Source: a virus
Virus record (IMG/VR): IMGVR_UViG_3300046517_002960
Coordinates: 96,001 to 160,000 of that record
Direction: 5' to 3' (one strand)
DNA length: 64,000 bases
Shown here: one piece after another, positions 49,397 through 57,050 of the stretch
Numbering within the stretch: position 1 is the stretch's first letter
How the letters are laid out: every line of letters begins with the position of its first letter
Position numbers and translations under genes: made by a program
The notes under the pieces: generated by a model
Databases searched by the model: none
Told to the model about the DNA's origin: nothing
Seen by the model: the letters and a program-made list of their open reading frames with translations, nothing else

Positions 49397-49717
49397 TCAG
49401 TCGGTGGAGAGGATGGCGCGGGCGACCGGCGCGTTGACGACGCAGTCGTTGCGGCCGTCCGCGTAGACGGTGTAGACGGACATGTACGGACGGCCGTCAT
49501 CCCCGGTGGCCTGGATCTCCCGGCCCAGGTACTCCTGGCGCTCGTTGGCGACCAGCTTGCAGTCGCTGCCGGCCCGGACCAGGGGCGCGCTCAGGTCATG
49601 CAGGGAGGGGCAGGGATGAAACCGGGCGGAATTCGGCGGCACGGGCCGCGTCCGGTCCTCTTTCCCGCAGGCAGGGCAGAACCAGTCGGTGTACGCGTCA
49701 AGCAGCACGGCCGGCAT
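49397..49717 (-). CDS. hypothetical Cys-containing phage protein
   Basis: CPAC, HPCP, ERQEY, GRPYMSV. Confidence 0.65.
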   Translation of the reverse strand: MPAVLLDAYTDWFCPACGKEDRTRPVPPNSARFHPCPSLHDLSAPLVRAGSDCKLVANERQEYLGREIQATGDDGRPYMSVYTVYADGRNDCVVNAPVARAILSTD

Positions 49718-50020
49718 CGGCGGGGACTTTCGGGGGAGTAATCCGCCCGGCTCACCCGCTCGCGCTCAGCGCCAGGATGCCTCGGCTGATCTAAGATTAC
49801 GCTGCGCAGGGGCAGCGCGCCATGGGCCGCCAGGCGCGGACGGTCCGCAGGCCAGCGACCAGATCTCCTGGGCAGTGGACAGGGGACCACCCGGCTCCGT
49901 CCGCGCCCGGCCCATCACAGGGCAAACCGGCGGCCTCGATCTGGTACGGCCACGCTACCAGCCGGTTACCCCGCCGTCATCGCCCGCGCTGGATGAATTA
50001 AGCCCGGCCGTCGTCTTCGG

Positions 50021-50236
50021 CTAGGTACTCCAGGCAGCGCGGGCAGCCGACCTCAGCGCGGTCGCCGGGAATCCGCAGCGCCCGCGCGCCGCAGTAGGTG
50101 CGTGCCTGGAACGCGTTGTCGCCCGGGTGCAGGGAACTGATGCCGAACAGGCGGTGATCCCAGAGCTGGTCAGCCGCGCGGCAGGTAACCAGGGGTGTAA
50201 TCTCGAACGGCGGCGTCCACTCGCCCTGGTGATCAA
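50021..50236 (-). CDS. region of a small Cys/His hypothetical protein (frame 49998-50255 more likely)
   Basis: Frame 49998-50255 carries HPGD..YCG..CPRC and is coupled to the upstream gene. Confidence 0.35.
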   Translation of the reverse strand: MITRASGRRRSRLHPWLPAARLTSSGITACSASVPCTRATTRSRHAPTAARGRCGFPATALRSAARAAWST

Positions 50237-50254
50237 GCAGCCGTGCGGCCGGCA

Positions 50255-50569
50255 TTAGTCTTCACGCGATAGCGGCAGGAGGCCGGAGCTCCTGACCCCG
50301 AAGTCATCCGGCACGGTGAGCAGGCCGGTCTCCACCAGGTGCAGCACGCCGGCCGAGACCACCCGCCTGACGAACTCCTGCGGCGTCTCGGGCTGCTGCT
50401 CGCCGCGCGGCCCGCGGATGCTAATCGGCGGGCCGCCGCGCAGCGCCTCCATGTCGGCCGCCATTGACGCGAAGTAGATCAGCGCCTGCGCTACGTCGTC
50501 CGGTACCTGGCCGCGCTGGAACTCCGCGGGATCGTGCACCACCCGGGACGGATCCCTGCCCCGCCGCAT
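50255..50569 (-). CDS. hypothetical protein
   Basis: TGATG coupling at both ends. Confidence 0.6.
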   Translation of the reverse strand: MRRGRDPSRVVHDPAEFQRGQVPDDVAQALIYFASMAADMEALRGGPPISIRGPRGEQQPETPQEFVRRVVSAGVLHLVETGLLTVPDDFGVRSSGLLPLSRED

Positions 50570-51135
50570 CAGTTCCCGTCCCCGCCGTACGGCTTGATCC
50601 AGGACCCGCGGTGCAGCGAGTCCCAGCTGTCGTTGATGATGATCCAGTCATCCGGCGGTTTCAGCTCCAGGTTCGCGCACATGAACACCGTTCCGGGCGC
50701 CATGGCGCCGAGCACCTTGCGCTCCAGGTCCGCCTCGGCCTGGCGGTCGCGCCGCGGGCGGTTCATCCAGATTGCGGCGTACTTGCCGTAGCCCTCCCAG
50801 GCGGCGGCGTCGGCTGTCTCGATGGGCACCCCATGCCGCGCGCCTATTCGGGCTAGCGCGTCGCTGATCTCGATGCCGTACACATTCAGGCCCAGCGCCC
50901 GGGCTAGGATCAGGTTCCCCCCGGCACCCGCGCCGACCTCGAGCAGCGTGCCCTCATCCGGGATCAGCGCCCATGACTCCAGCAGCAGCGCGCCGAAGTC
51001 GAACAGGTTGAACGGCATGAACCCGGTGTCCTGCGCGGTCCCCCGGCCCTGCCCGGCCCGGCTCGCCTCCCGGATCACCCCCTGGGCCTGCTCGATCGCC
51101 AGCGCGAGCTCGCGGAAGCGGGTCAGGTCAGTCAA
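50569..51135 (-). CDS. class I SAM-dependent methyltransferase
   Basis: LLEVGAGAGG motif I, YGIEIS motif II, DAA, IWMNRP. Confidence 0.85.
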   Translation of the reverse strand: MTDLTRFRELALAIEQAQGVIREASRAGQGRGTAQDTGFMPFNLFDFGALLLESWALIPDEGTLLEVGAGAGGNLILARALGLNVYGIEISDALARIGARHGVPIETADAAAWEGYGKYAAIWMNRPRRDRQAEADLERKVLGAMAPGTVFMCANLELKPPDDWIIINDSWDSLHRGSWIKPYGGDGN

Positions 51136-51308
51136 CGAAGATCACCTCGCGTGTCTCGCCGTTAGCTGTCAGTTGACGCGGGGGTCGCCCGGCGGGTCCC
51201 ACAGCTCCGGGTCCGGGCTGTCCGGCAGCTCCTCGCCGGGCCGGGCGCGGTCCCAGTCCGGGTCCGCGCCGCCGCGGGCCTCGGTGGCCGGCCGGCCGGG
51301 TACCTCGG

Positions 51309-51515
51309 TCACGGGCGCTCCTGCGGCCCGACGCTGTACTGGTCAGCCAGCTGCCGGCTGTCCGTGCGGACGGAGAAGCCCGGGTCGTCGCCCGGGTACA
51401 CCGCGGCCATCACCGGCCCGCGATTCCCGGCGTCCATGCGCAGCTCGTCAGCGGCTTCGGTCATCCGCACGTCCCAGCCGGTCTCGAGCCCGTCGTCCTG
51501 GCTGCGCTGTCCCAT
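51309..51515 (-). CDS. hypothetical protein
   Basis: ATG after CAGGAGAGAC. Confidence 0.55.
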   Translation of the reverse strand: MGQRSQDDGLETGWDVRMTEAADELRMDAGNRGPVMAAVYPGDDPGFSVRTDSRQLADQYSVGPQERP

Positions 51516-51549
51516 AATGTCTCTCCTGCCGTATCCTGCCTGGTCTCTC

Positions 51550-51855
51550 CTAGTCAGGTACCCTAGCGACATAATACGGCCGTCCGGCGTTCGCGGCCGA
51601 AAACCGCCGGGCCACGATCATGTAGATGATGCAGCCCGCGGCCGGGGCCTGCGGGACCTTGCCGAACCGCAGCAGCGCTCCGATCCACGGGCCGCCGCCG
51701 TTCCCGGCCAGCACGGACTGCACCAGCTCCGGGTTCTTCCCGCCGTATTCCTCCAGCGTCGCGGCGTCGATCCACACCTCGGGGTCGCCGATGCCGCCCG
51801 GCGACTCAGCCGGGATCCACCACGGCTCGCGCCATCCTCCGGTCACAGGATCCAT
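51550..51855 (-). CDS. hypothetical protein
   Basis: MDPVTGGWREPWW..YYVARVPD*. Confidence 0.55.
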   Translation of the reverse strand: MDPVTGGWREPWWIPAESPGGIGDPEVWIDAATLEEYGGKNPELVQSVLAGNGGGPWIGALLRFGKVPQAPAAGCIIYMIVARRFSAANAGRPYYVARVPD

Positions 51856-52088
51856 TATCGGGGCTGCGCGGTGCGGCGGCCAGGTCGGACGCGCCGGGTA
51901 CAGTATGCTGACCGGGTCCAGTCCGTTACTTACTGTAGCTAGGCGGTAAGCACGTGTATTGCTTCGGTAACTCCAAGGCCTGCTCCACCGGGTTCCCCGG
52001 CGAGACCGACATACTGCCCCAGCCCGGCCCGGCATGGCTGCTGACCGCCGCGGGCGTCCAGGACCGGCCGCCGGGCATGTAACCCGGC

Positions 52089-53135
52089 CTAGCCCATCAG
52101 CCAGGACGGGTGCGCCATCGTCCAGGCGACCGTGCGGCGCAGCGATTCCTCGAAGGCGACCGGCGGCTTCCAGCCGAGGCCGAGGATCCTGGCCGGGTCC
52201 AGCCCGTAGTGCGCGTCGTGGCCCGGCCTGGTCAGGTGGAAATCCTCCCACCGCCAGCGCAGGTCGCGGCCCGCGAAATGCGCGATCATCGCGGCCAGCT
52301 CCAGGTTGTCCACCCGGTCCGGGGACGCGATGTTGTACCGGTCCGGCCGGTCCGTGTCCGGGTCGTGCGCGGCGTACATCGCCGGCCGGGTGTTCCGCAG
52401 CAGCCAGATCACCGCGTCCGCCAGGTTCCTGGCGTGCAGGTAGTGCCGGGACCCGGCGTGCCCGGGGCTGCCGTGGATGACGGCTTCGGTCCCGGCCAGC
52501 ACCGCGCGCAGCGTCTTCGGCACGAACTTGGAGACGTCCTGGCGCTCGCCGATCATGTTCATCGTATTCGTGAGGATGACCGGGACGCTGTACGTTCTCC
52601 AGTACGCTATCGAAATAGCCTCCTGAGCTGCCTTGGAAGCACTGTACGGGTTCGACGGGAGGACGGGCGCCCACTCGGCGTGCGCCTGGCCGGGCTCCAC
52701 CGGGCCGTACACCTCGTCGGTGGAGATGATCACCACGGCCCGCGGCTTCAGCACCCGGGCCAGCTCCAGGGTGTTCAGGATCACCGCGACGTTGTTCTCG
52801 GTGAACACGACCGGGGACTCGATCGAGTCATCGACGTGGCTCATCGACGCCATCGCCACGATGTAGTCGCACCCGTCCGGCCCGGCGACCAGGTGCTGCT
52901 CGGCCGGGCTGAACGGCGCGGTCAGGTCATGAGTGAGCACCCGCACCCGGTCCCGCCACGGGGGGTCCGAGCTCCAGGCCGGGCCGCCCTTCAGCACCTC
53001 GGCGATCCGGTCGCAGGTGCCGCGGTGCCGGAACGAGCCGGTCGCGACGACATCCCAGCCGGTGGTGATCAGGGCGTGCTCGAGAAAGTGATGACCGACA
53101 AAACCAGAGGCCCCTGTCAGGAGCAGGCGTTTCAT
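52089..53135 (-). CDS. NAD-dependent nucleotide-sugar dehydratase (dTDP-glucose 4,6-dehydratase-like)
   Basis: LLTGASGFVG, ASMSHVDDSI, ISTDEVYG, YSASK, RPGHDAHY. Confidence 0.92.
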   Translation of the reverse strand: MKRLLLTGASGFVGHHFLEHALITTGWDVVATGSFRHRGTCDRIAEVLKGGPAWSSDPPWRDRVRVLTHDLTAPFSPAEQHLVAGPDGCDYIVAMASMSHVDDSIESPVVFTENNVAVILNTLELARVLKPRAVVIISTDEVYGPVEPGQAHAEWAPVLPSNPYSASKAAQEAISIAYWRTYSVPVILTNTMNMIGERQDVSKFVPKTLRAVLAGTEAVIHGSPGHAGSRHYLHARNLADAVIWLLRNTRPAMYAAHDPDTDRPDRYNIASPDRVDNLELAAMIAHFAGRDLRWRWEDFHLTRPGHDAHYGLDPARILGLGWKPPVAFEESLRRTVAWTMAHPSWLMG

Positions 53136-53225
53136 GCTGCACGGCCTCCGCGGCCCGTCAGAGCTGTGCAGCTCCTCCGGCTCGAGACGCCGCGGAGGCC
53201 GTGCCTGAGCCTTCAGGATAACCGG

Positions 53226-53253
53226 TTGACAGCTACGTGCCCAGCTGTAACAT
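53226..53253 (+). promoter_or_regulatory. promoter overlapped by an imperfect inverted repeat
   Basis: TTGACA-N16-TAACAT; TTGACAGCT...AGCTGTAA. Confidence 0.5.
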
Positions 53254-53290
53254 AGGTGTCCGTGCAGGTCAGTAAGCTGAAAAAGCTGAT

Positions 53291-53319
53291 TTGCATACAG
53301 CGGAAGACAGTGCTAAGGT
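53291..53319 (+). promoter_or_regulatory. promoter of the RNA island
   Basis: TTGCAT-N17-TAAGGT with extended TG; ATG 7 nt downstream. Confidence 0.65.
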
Positions 53320-53325
53320 GGGACC

Positions 53326-53427
53326 ATGATGTTCTGGGCAGCGATCAGCAAGCGAGACGGGTTCCGTACCCCGTCCTCGCAGCCCTGCGCTGCCGGGAGG
53401 AACCTAGAGGCGGCAGACCTGGAGTAG
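53326..53427 (+). CDS. putative leaderless 33-aa leader peptide
   Basis: MMFWAAISKRDGF..ADLE*; ATG at the predicted +1. Confidence 0.35.
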   Translation: MMFWAAISKRDGFRTPSSQPCAAGRNLEAADLE

Positions 53428-53443
53428 CCAGACCAAGGCACCA

Positions 53444-53486
53444 GAAGGCCGGCCGCCCAGGGAAACCCCCAGGAGCGGCCTTTCTC
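53444..53486 (+). terminator. putative intrinsic terminator/attenuator
   Basis: GAAGGCCG...CGGCCTTTC followed by TC. Confidence 0.45.
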
Positions 53487-53562
53487 ATGTGCCCAGGACA
53501 ATTCCACATAGGGATCAGCCAGCGGATAGGCAAGTGGTGTTCAAAGCAGGTAAGCTGAGAAC

Positions 53563-53961
53563 ATGCCGACAAGAGACTGGTGGGCGACCGAGTGGGATCG
53601 TTCAGCTTACGACCGGCAGCGGTACGAAGCAGCGAAACAGCAGCTCATCGCCCTGCTAGGCGGTAAATGTGCTAGATGCGGAACAACTGAAAACCTCCAG
53701 TTCGACCACGTAAATCGTGAACTCAAGGACTTTGCGATTACGGGCCGGTGGAACCGCAGCCAGGCTGAACTGGAAGCGGAACTAGCGAAGTGCCAGCTAC
53801 TTTGCCAGCCTCACCATCTGGAGAAGACCCGGCAAGAGATCGGTAACGAACACGGAGGCGGTAAAACAGGGATCAGGAAGTGCAAATGCGAACTCTGTCG
53901 GAACCGCAGAAGCGAACACATGATCGAATATCGGCGTGAGCGTAAGAAGCAAACTACATAG
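53563..53961 (+). CDS. HNH endonuclease
   Basis: CARCG..LQFDHVN..KCQLLCQPHH. Confidence 0.88.
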   Translation: MPTRDWWATEWDRSAYDRQRYEAAKQQLIALLGGKCARCGTTENLQFDHVNRELKDFAITGRWNRSQAELEAELAKCQLLCQPHHLEKTRQEIGNEHGGGKTGIRKCKCELCRNRRSEHMIEYRRERKKQTT

Positions 53962-54031
53962 GAGTGACCCACCGGTTCGGGAACCGCTCTCCAAAAGCGG
54001 TAAAAACAGCGTTCGACTCGCTGCACTCCTG
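53960..54031 (+). tRNA. tRNA-Trp(CCA), atypical D arm
   Basis: AGGAGTG/CACTCCT; loop CT-CCA-AA; GTTCGAC. Confidence 0.8.
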
Positions 54032-54065
54032 CGACCGTCAGCCAAGGCGAGAGCCGCGGCAGGCG

Positions 54066-54097
54066 AATGTCACCGACATTTGAGAACTCCATAGCGT
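54066..54097 (+). promoter_or_regulatory. rrn-type boxB hairpin plus boxA antitermination site
   Basis: AATGTC-ACC-GACATT followed by TTGAGAACTCCATAGCG. Confidence 0.6.
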
Positions 54098-54256
54098 GAG
54101 CACCACGACGGGGGCGCCATCCCCCGTCACCTGGTGCGGTCCCCAGGCGCGATCAGCGGGCGAGTCGCCCCCGTGCCATGGCACCGCACCAATCCGTGCT
54201 GACCTGGCCGGGCCGGTTGTTGCTAGACGGCCCGGCCAGGTACGGCACGATCCGAT

Positions 54257-54329
54257 GGGGCTGTAGCTCAGCTGGGAGAGCGTCTGCGTGGCACGCAGAA
54301 GGCCAGGGGTTCAAGTCCCCTTAGCTCCA
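54257..54329 (+). tRNA. tRNA-Ala(GGC)
   Basis: G3:U70; loop GT-GGC-AC. Confidence 0.9.
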
Positions 54330-54423
54330 CGCGGAGAGATCAGGGTGCAAGGTAGCGCGCCGTCGATGGAGGGCGGCGATGCTCCTGGGCAGCGGCCTGG
54401 CCGCGGACCACCCTTGCAGGCAC

Positions 54424-54496
54424 GGGGCTAGGGCGCGGCTGGTAGCGCAACTCGTTCGCACTGAGAAGGTGAGGGGTTCGAATCCCCTTAGCTCCA
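54424..54496 (+). tRNA. tRNA-Ala(CGC)
   Basis: G3:U70; loop TT-CGC-AC. Confidence 0.85.
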
Positions 54497-54500
54497 CAAT

Positions 54501-54571
54501 CCAGGGAGATCCGGGGATCGCGTCCCGGCAGGGGTCCTGGTGCCCCTGTAGCTCAAGTGCAGAGCGCCTGG
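54501..54571 (+). ncRNA. circularly permuted tRNA-like element 1
   Basis: CCAGG, T-like arm, closed acceptor CAGGGGT/GCCCCTG, D arm GCTC/GAGC, CCTGG. Confidence 0.6.
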
Positions 54572-54578
54572 AGTACAA

Positions 54579-54650
54579 CGGGACCGAGGAAGGCGGAAAT
54601 CCGCCTCGTTCGGGGCGAGGAGAAGCCGGGTTCAACTCCCGGGGTCCCGA
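54579..54650 (+). tRNA. tRNA-Pro(CGG)
   Basis: C1:G72, A73; loop TT-CGG-GG. Confidence 0.85.
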
Positions 54651-54666
54651 CTATGCTTTCGATTTA

Positions 54667-54741
54667 CGGGCTGTAGCTCAGTTTGGTCAGAGCATCCGGC
54701 TGGGGGCCGGGAGGCCGCCGTTTCAAATACGGCCAGCCCGA
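54667..54741 (+). tRNA. tRNA-Pro(GGG)
   Basis: Loop CT-GGG-GG; U53:A61 in place of G:C. Confidence 0.88.
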
Positions 54742-54744
54742 CGA

Positions 54745-54816
54745 GGAGGAAGACGCGGTTCGAATCCGCCTGGCGGCTGAGAATGCCAACGGTAGCTCAA
54801 TGGTAGAGCACCCTCC
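54745..54816 (+). ncRNA. circularly permuted tRNA-like element 2
   Basis: GGAGG, GCGG-TTCGAAT-CCGC, closed imperfect acceptor, TAGCTCAATGGTAGAGCA, CCTCC. Confidence 0.65.
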
Positions 54817-54819
54817 GTA

Positions 54820-54892
54820 CGGGGCGTAGCGCAGTTGGCCGCGCGCCTGATTTGGGATCAGGAGGACGTCAGTTCGAGCCTGGCCGCCCCGA
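54820..54892 (+). tRNA. tRNA-Pro(TGG)
   Basis: Loop TT-TGG-GA. Confidence 0.9.
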
Positions 54893-54900
54893 CTGCACGA

Positions 54901-54975
54901 GGTCACCTAGCTGAGACGGATTAGCGGCTGCCTGAAAAGCAGCAGAGGCAGGGTCGCTACCTGCGGTGACCACCA
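54901..54975 (+). tRNA. tRNA-Phe(GAA), atypical T loop
   Basis: Loop CT-GAA-AA; T loop GTCGCTA; encoded CCA. Confidence 0.82.
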
Positions 54976-55173
54976 TGGCATGACGGCGGATGGGCGCACG
55001 GGCAAACCGGGTCAGCCATCTTCCGCCTGGCCAGGCGAGTAGCGCTCCGCCTGGTAAGCCAGGCTGCTGCAGCGGCCCGGTCTCATGCCGCCCGGAGACG
55101 GGCCTGGTCACACCTGCGGTCAGCCTCGCAAGGGCGCCTGCCGGTCCCTGCTATCAGGTGGTCTCCGGGACTC

Positions 55174-55246
55174 GCGGATGAGTCCCAAACGGAAGGGTGC
55201 CGGCCCTCCAAGCCGGCTGCTGCGGGTTCGAGTCCCGTCATCCGCT
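55174..55246 (+). tRNA. tRNA-Gly(TCC)
   Basis: Loop CC-TCC-AA; U73. Confidence 0.88.
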
Positions 55247-55345
55247 CACGTGGGCTGCCACCGCCTCCCTACTAGGCAGCAGCTGGCCCGGCATACGCGG
55301 AGTGACCCCAGCCGGGGAATAACTGGTCACCAGGGGAGGCACCTC

Positions 55346-55417
55346 AGTCCGGTAGCTCAGCGGCAGAGCGGCGGGCTCTTAACCCGCGCGGCCTCGGTTC
55401 GATCCCGAGTCGGACTA
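55346..55417 (+). tRNA. tRNA-Lys(CTT)
   Basis: Loop CT-CTT-AA. Confidence 0.9.
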
Positions 55418-55605
55418 CGCAATGGGGGGCTTGTACTGCGGTACTGGCCTTAAACGGTGTCCCGGCTCGGCAATACGCGCGTGTTGCCCTGCACCTGGAG
55501 CGCCCCGCCGTGCCCTGTGCAGGGGCACGAGAACCCGCAGGGACCGTGCGTCAGCTGCGGGCGCCAACGGCTGGCTCGCACGGCCGGCCGGCGGCACTGC
55601 ACGAC

Positions 55606-55693
55606 GGGCGGGTGGCGCAGCAGGATGACGCACCGGATTCAAGTCCCGGCGTCCGTAAGGACATTGAGGGTTCAACTCCCTCCTCGCCCACCA
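55606..55693 (+). tRNA. tRNA-Leu(CAA)
   Basis: Long variable arm; loop TT-CAA-GT; CCA. Confidence 0.88.
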
Positions 55694-55718
55694 TTCTCCG
55701 GTCAGCCGGAGAATTCCA

Positions 55719-55793
55719 TGCGGTATGGGGGAACTGGCAGACCCGCCGGGCTCTGAACCCGGAGTTTTCCTGGTTCGAAGCCAGGTACCGCAG
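55719..55793 (+). tRNA. tRNA-Gln(CTG)
   Basis: U1:A72; loop CT-CTG-AA. Confidence 0.9.
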
Positions 55794-55890
55794 CTGGAGT
55801 TGCTGGATAGCGCATGGGCAAGGCGCTTAGAGCTGGCCAGCTACCCGTTCGATTCGGGAACGGCAACTCCGCACAAGGTGTCCGGCGATT

Positions 55891-55936
55891 TCGCGTAGGA
55901 GCCGTCCAGCCTTTAACTGGATCGGGGCAACGCGAG
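55891..55936 (+). ncRNA. armless hairpin carrying a Lys(UUU)-type anticodon stem-loop
   Basis: TCGCGT/ACGCGA outer stem; TCCAG-CCTTTAA-CTGGA. Confidence 0.45.
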
Positions 55937-55940
55937 CAGT

Positions 55941-56015
55941 GCCCCGGTAGCTCAGGTCGGCCAGAGCGACGGCTTCGTAACCCGTGGGTCCCCAGTTCGA
56001 TTCTGGGTCGGGGCT
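55941..56015 (+). tRNA. tRNA-Thr(CGT)
   Basis: Loop TT-CGT-AA. Confidence 0.87.
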
Positions 56016-56088
56016 CTGTGCCGGTGCTGGCCTCAATAAGCCGGGCCTTCGGGTCACGCGCCCAACCGGGCTGGTACCGGCACTTCAC

Positions 56089-56174
56089 GTCCGGGTGATG
56101 GAATCGGAAGACGTGCTAGCTTGAGGAGCTGGTGCCCCGGAAGGGGCGTGCGGGTTCAAGTCCCGCCTCGGACA
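56089..56174 (+). tRNA. tRNA-Leu(GAG)
   Basis: Long variable arm; loop TT-GAG-GA. Confidence 0.9.
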
Positions 56175-56176
56175 CA

Positions 56177-56253
56177 GGGGAAGCAGTAGCTTAACGGACA
56201 GAGCACGGCTGATCACCGACTGGTGAGGGGTTCGAGTCCCTTCCTGCTCCCCC
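56177..56253 (+). ncRNA. non-canonical tRNA-like RNA with GAT loop
   Basis: About 9-bp bulged acceptor, 3-bp anticodon stem CGG-CTGATCA-CCG, 6-bp T stem with TTCGAGT. Confidence 0.55.
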
Positions 56254-56257
56254 GTTC

Positions 56258-56332
56258 GCCGGCCTAGCTCATCGCAGGCAGAGCGTCCGCCTTGTAAGCG
56301 GAGGGTGGCCGGTTTGAGCCCGGCGGCCGGCT
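56258..56332 (+). tRNA. tRNA-Thr(TGT)
   Basis: Loop CT-TGT-AA; T loop TTTGAGC. Confidence 0.88.
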
Positions 56333-56336
56333 CCGG

Positions 56337-56409
56337 TGGGGACTGGGGTAACTGGCAGCCCGCCGGCCTTTGAAGCCGCGTAGTGCCCGTCCGAATCGGG
56401 CGTCCCCAG
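56337..56409 (+). tRNA. tRNA-Gln(TTG)
   Basis: U1:A72; loop CT-TTG-AA; T loop TCCGAAT. Confidence 0.85.
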
Positions 56410-56418
56410 CAATAACAC

Positions 56419-56492
56419 GCCCCGGTAGCTCAGCCGGTAGATGCGTCGGCATGGTAAGCCGAAGGTCCGCGGTTCAAATCCGCGTCGGGGCT
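56419..56492 (+). tRNA. tRNA-Thr(GGT)
   Basis: Loop AT-GGT-AA. Confidence 0.87.
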
Positions 56493-56493
56493 C

Positions 56494-56839
56494 GAGCCGG
56501 CCGGACGGCCGCGGTACCTGCACGTCAGGTACTGAGGAAAGTCCGGGCTCCAACGGGCAGGACGGTTGTTAACGGCAACCCGGGGCAACCCGCGGGAAAG
56601 CGTCACAGAAAGCAGACCGCCCCGGCGACGGGGTAAGGGTGAAACGGCGGTGTAAGAGACCACCAGCGGACCGGGTGACCGGCCCGGCTCGGCAAGCCCC
56701 GTCCGGAGCAAGATCGCAAGGCCGAGGGCGGCCCGCCCGCTGACGCCTGGTGGATCGCACGAGCTCGCCGGCGACGGCAGGCCTAGATGGATGGCCGTCC
56801 CCCTGCGGCGGGGACAGAACCCGGCTTACAGGCCGGCTC
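56494..56839 (+). ncRNA. rnpB: RNase P RNA (bacterial type A)
   Basis: P1 GAGCCGGCC/GGCCGGCTC; GAGGAAAGTCC and AGAACCCGGCTTA P4 signatures; ACAGAAA, GGGTGAAA, GGTGTAAGAG, GAGCAAG. Confidence 0.95.
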
Positions 56840-56905
56840 AATGCCCGCTCCCCGGAGCGGATGTGCGGCGTAAGACCCGGCCGGCCGCGCGGCCCGGGCA
56901 GTCAT

Positions 56906-56978
56906 GCGGACGTGGCGCAGCTGGTAGCGCACGTGCTTGCCAAGCATGAGGTCGCGGGTTCAAATCCCGTCGTCCGCT
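56906..56978 (+). tRNA. tRNA-Gly(GCC)
   Basis: Loop TT-GCC-AA. Confidence 0.92.
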
Positions 56979-57050
56979 CTGAGATCACGCGGGATACTGG
57001 AGTGGCCCTGTCTGAACCGCATCCGCGAACAGCGATCGCCGTGATCTCGC

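Noticed and set aside
54331-54423. Possible tRNA-Pro(TGG) from the hairpin GCCGTC-GATGGAG-GGCGGC
   Set aside because: No T arm or matching acceptor; at most a decayed remnant.
55424-55510. Possible Leu(TAA) or ochre-suppressor tRNA around CCTTAAA
   Set aside because: 8-nt loop, 4-bp weak stem, no T loop; cannot support a tRNA. A formal search should confirm, as it bears on the bypass argument.
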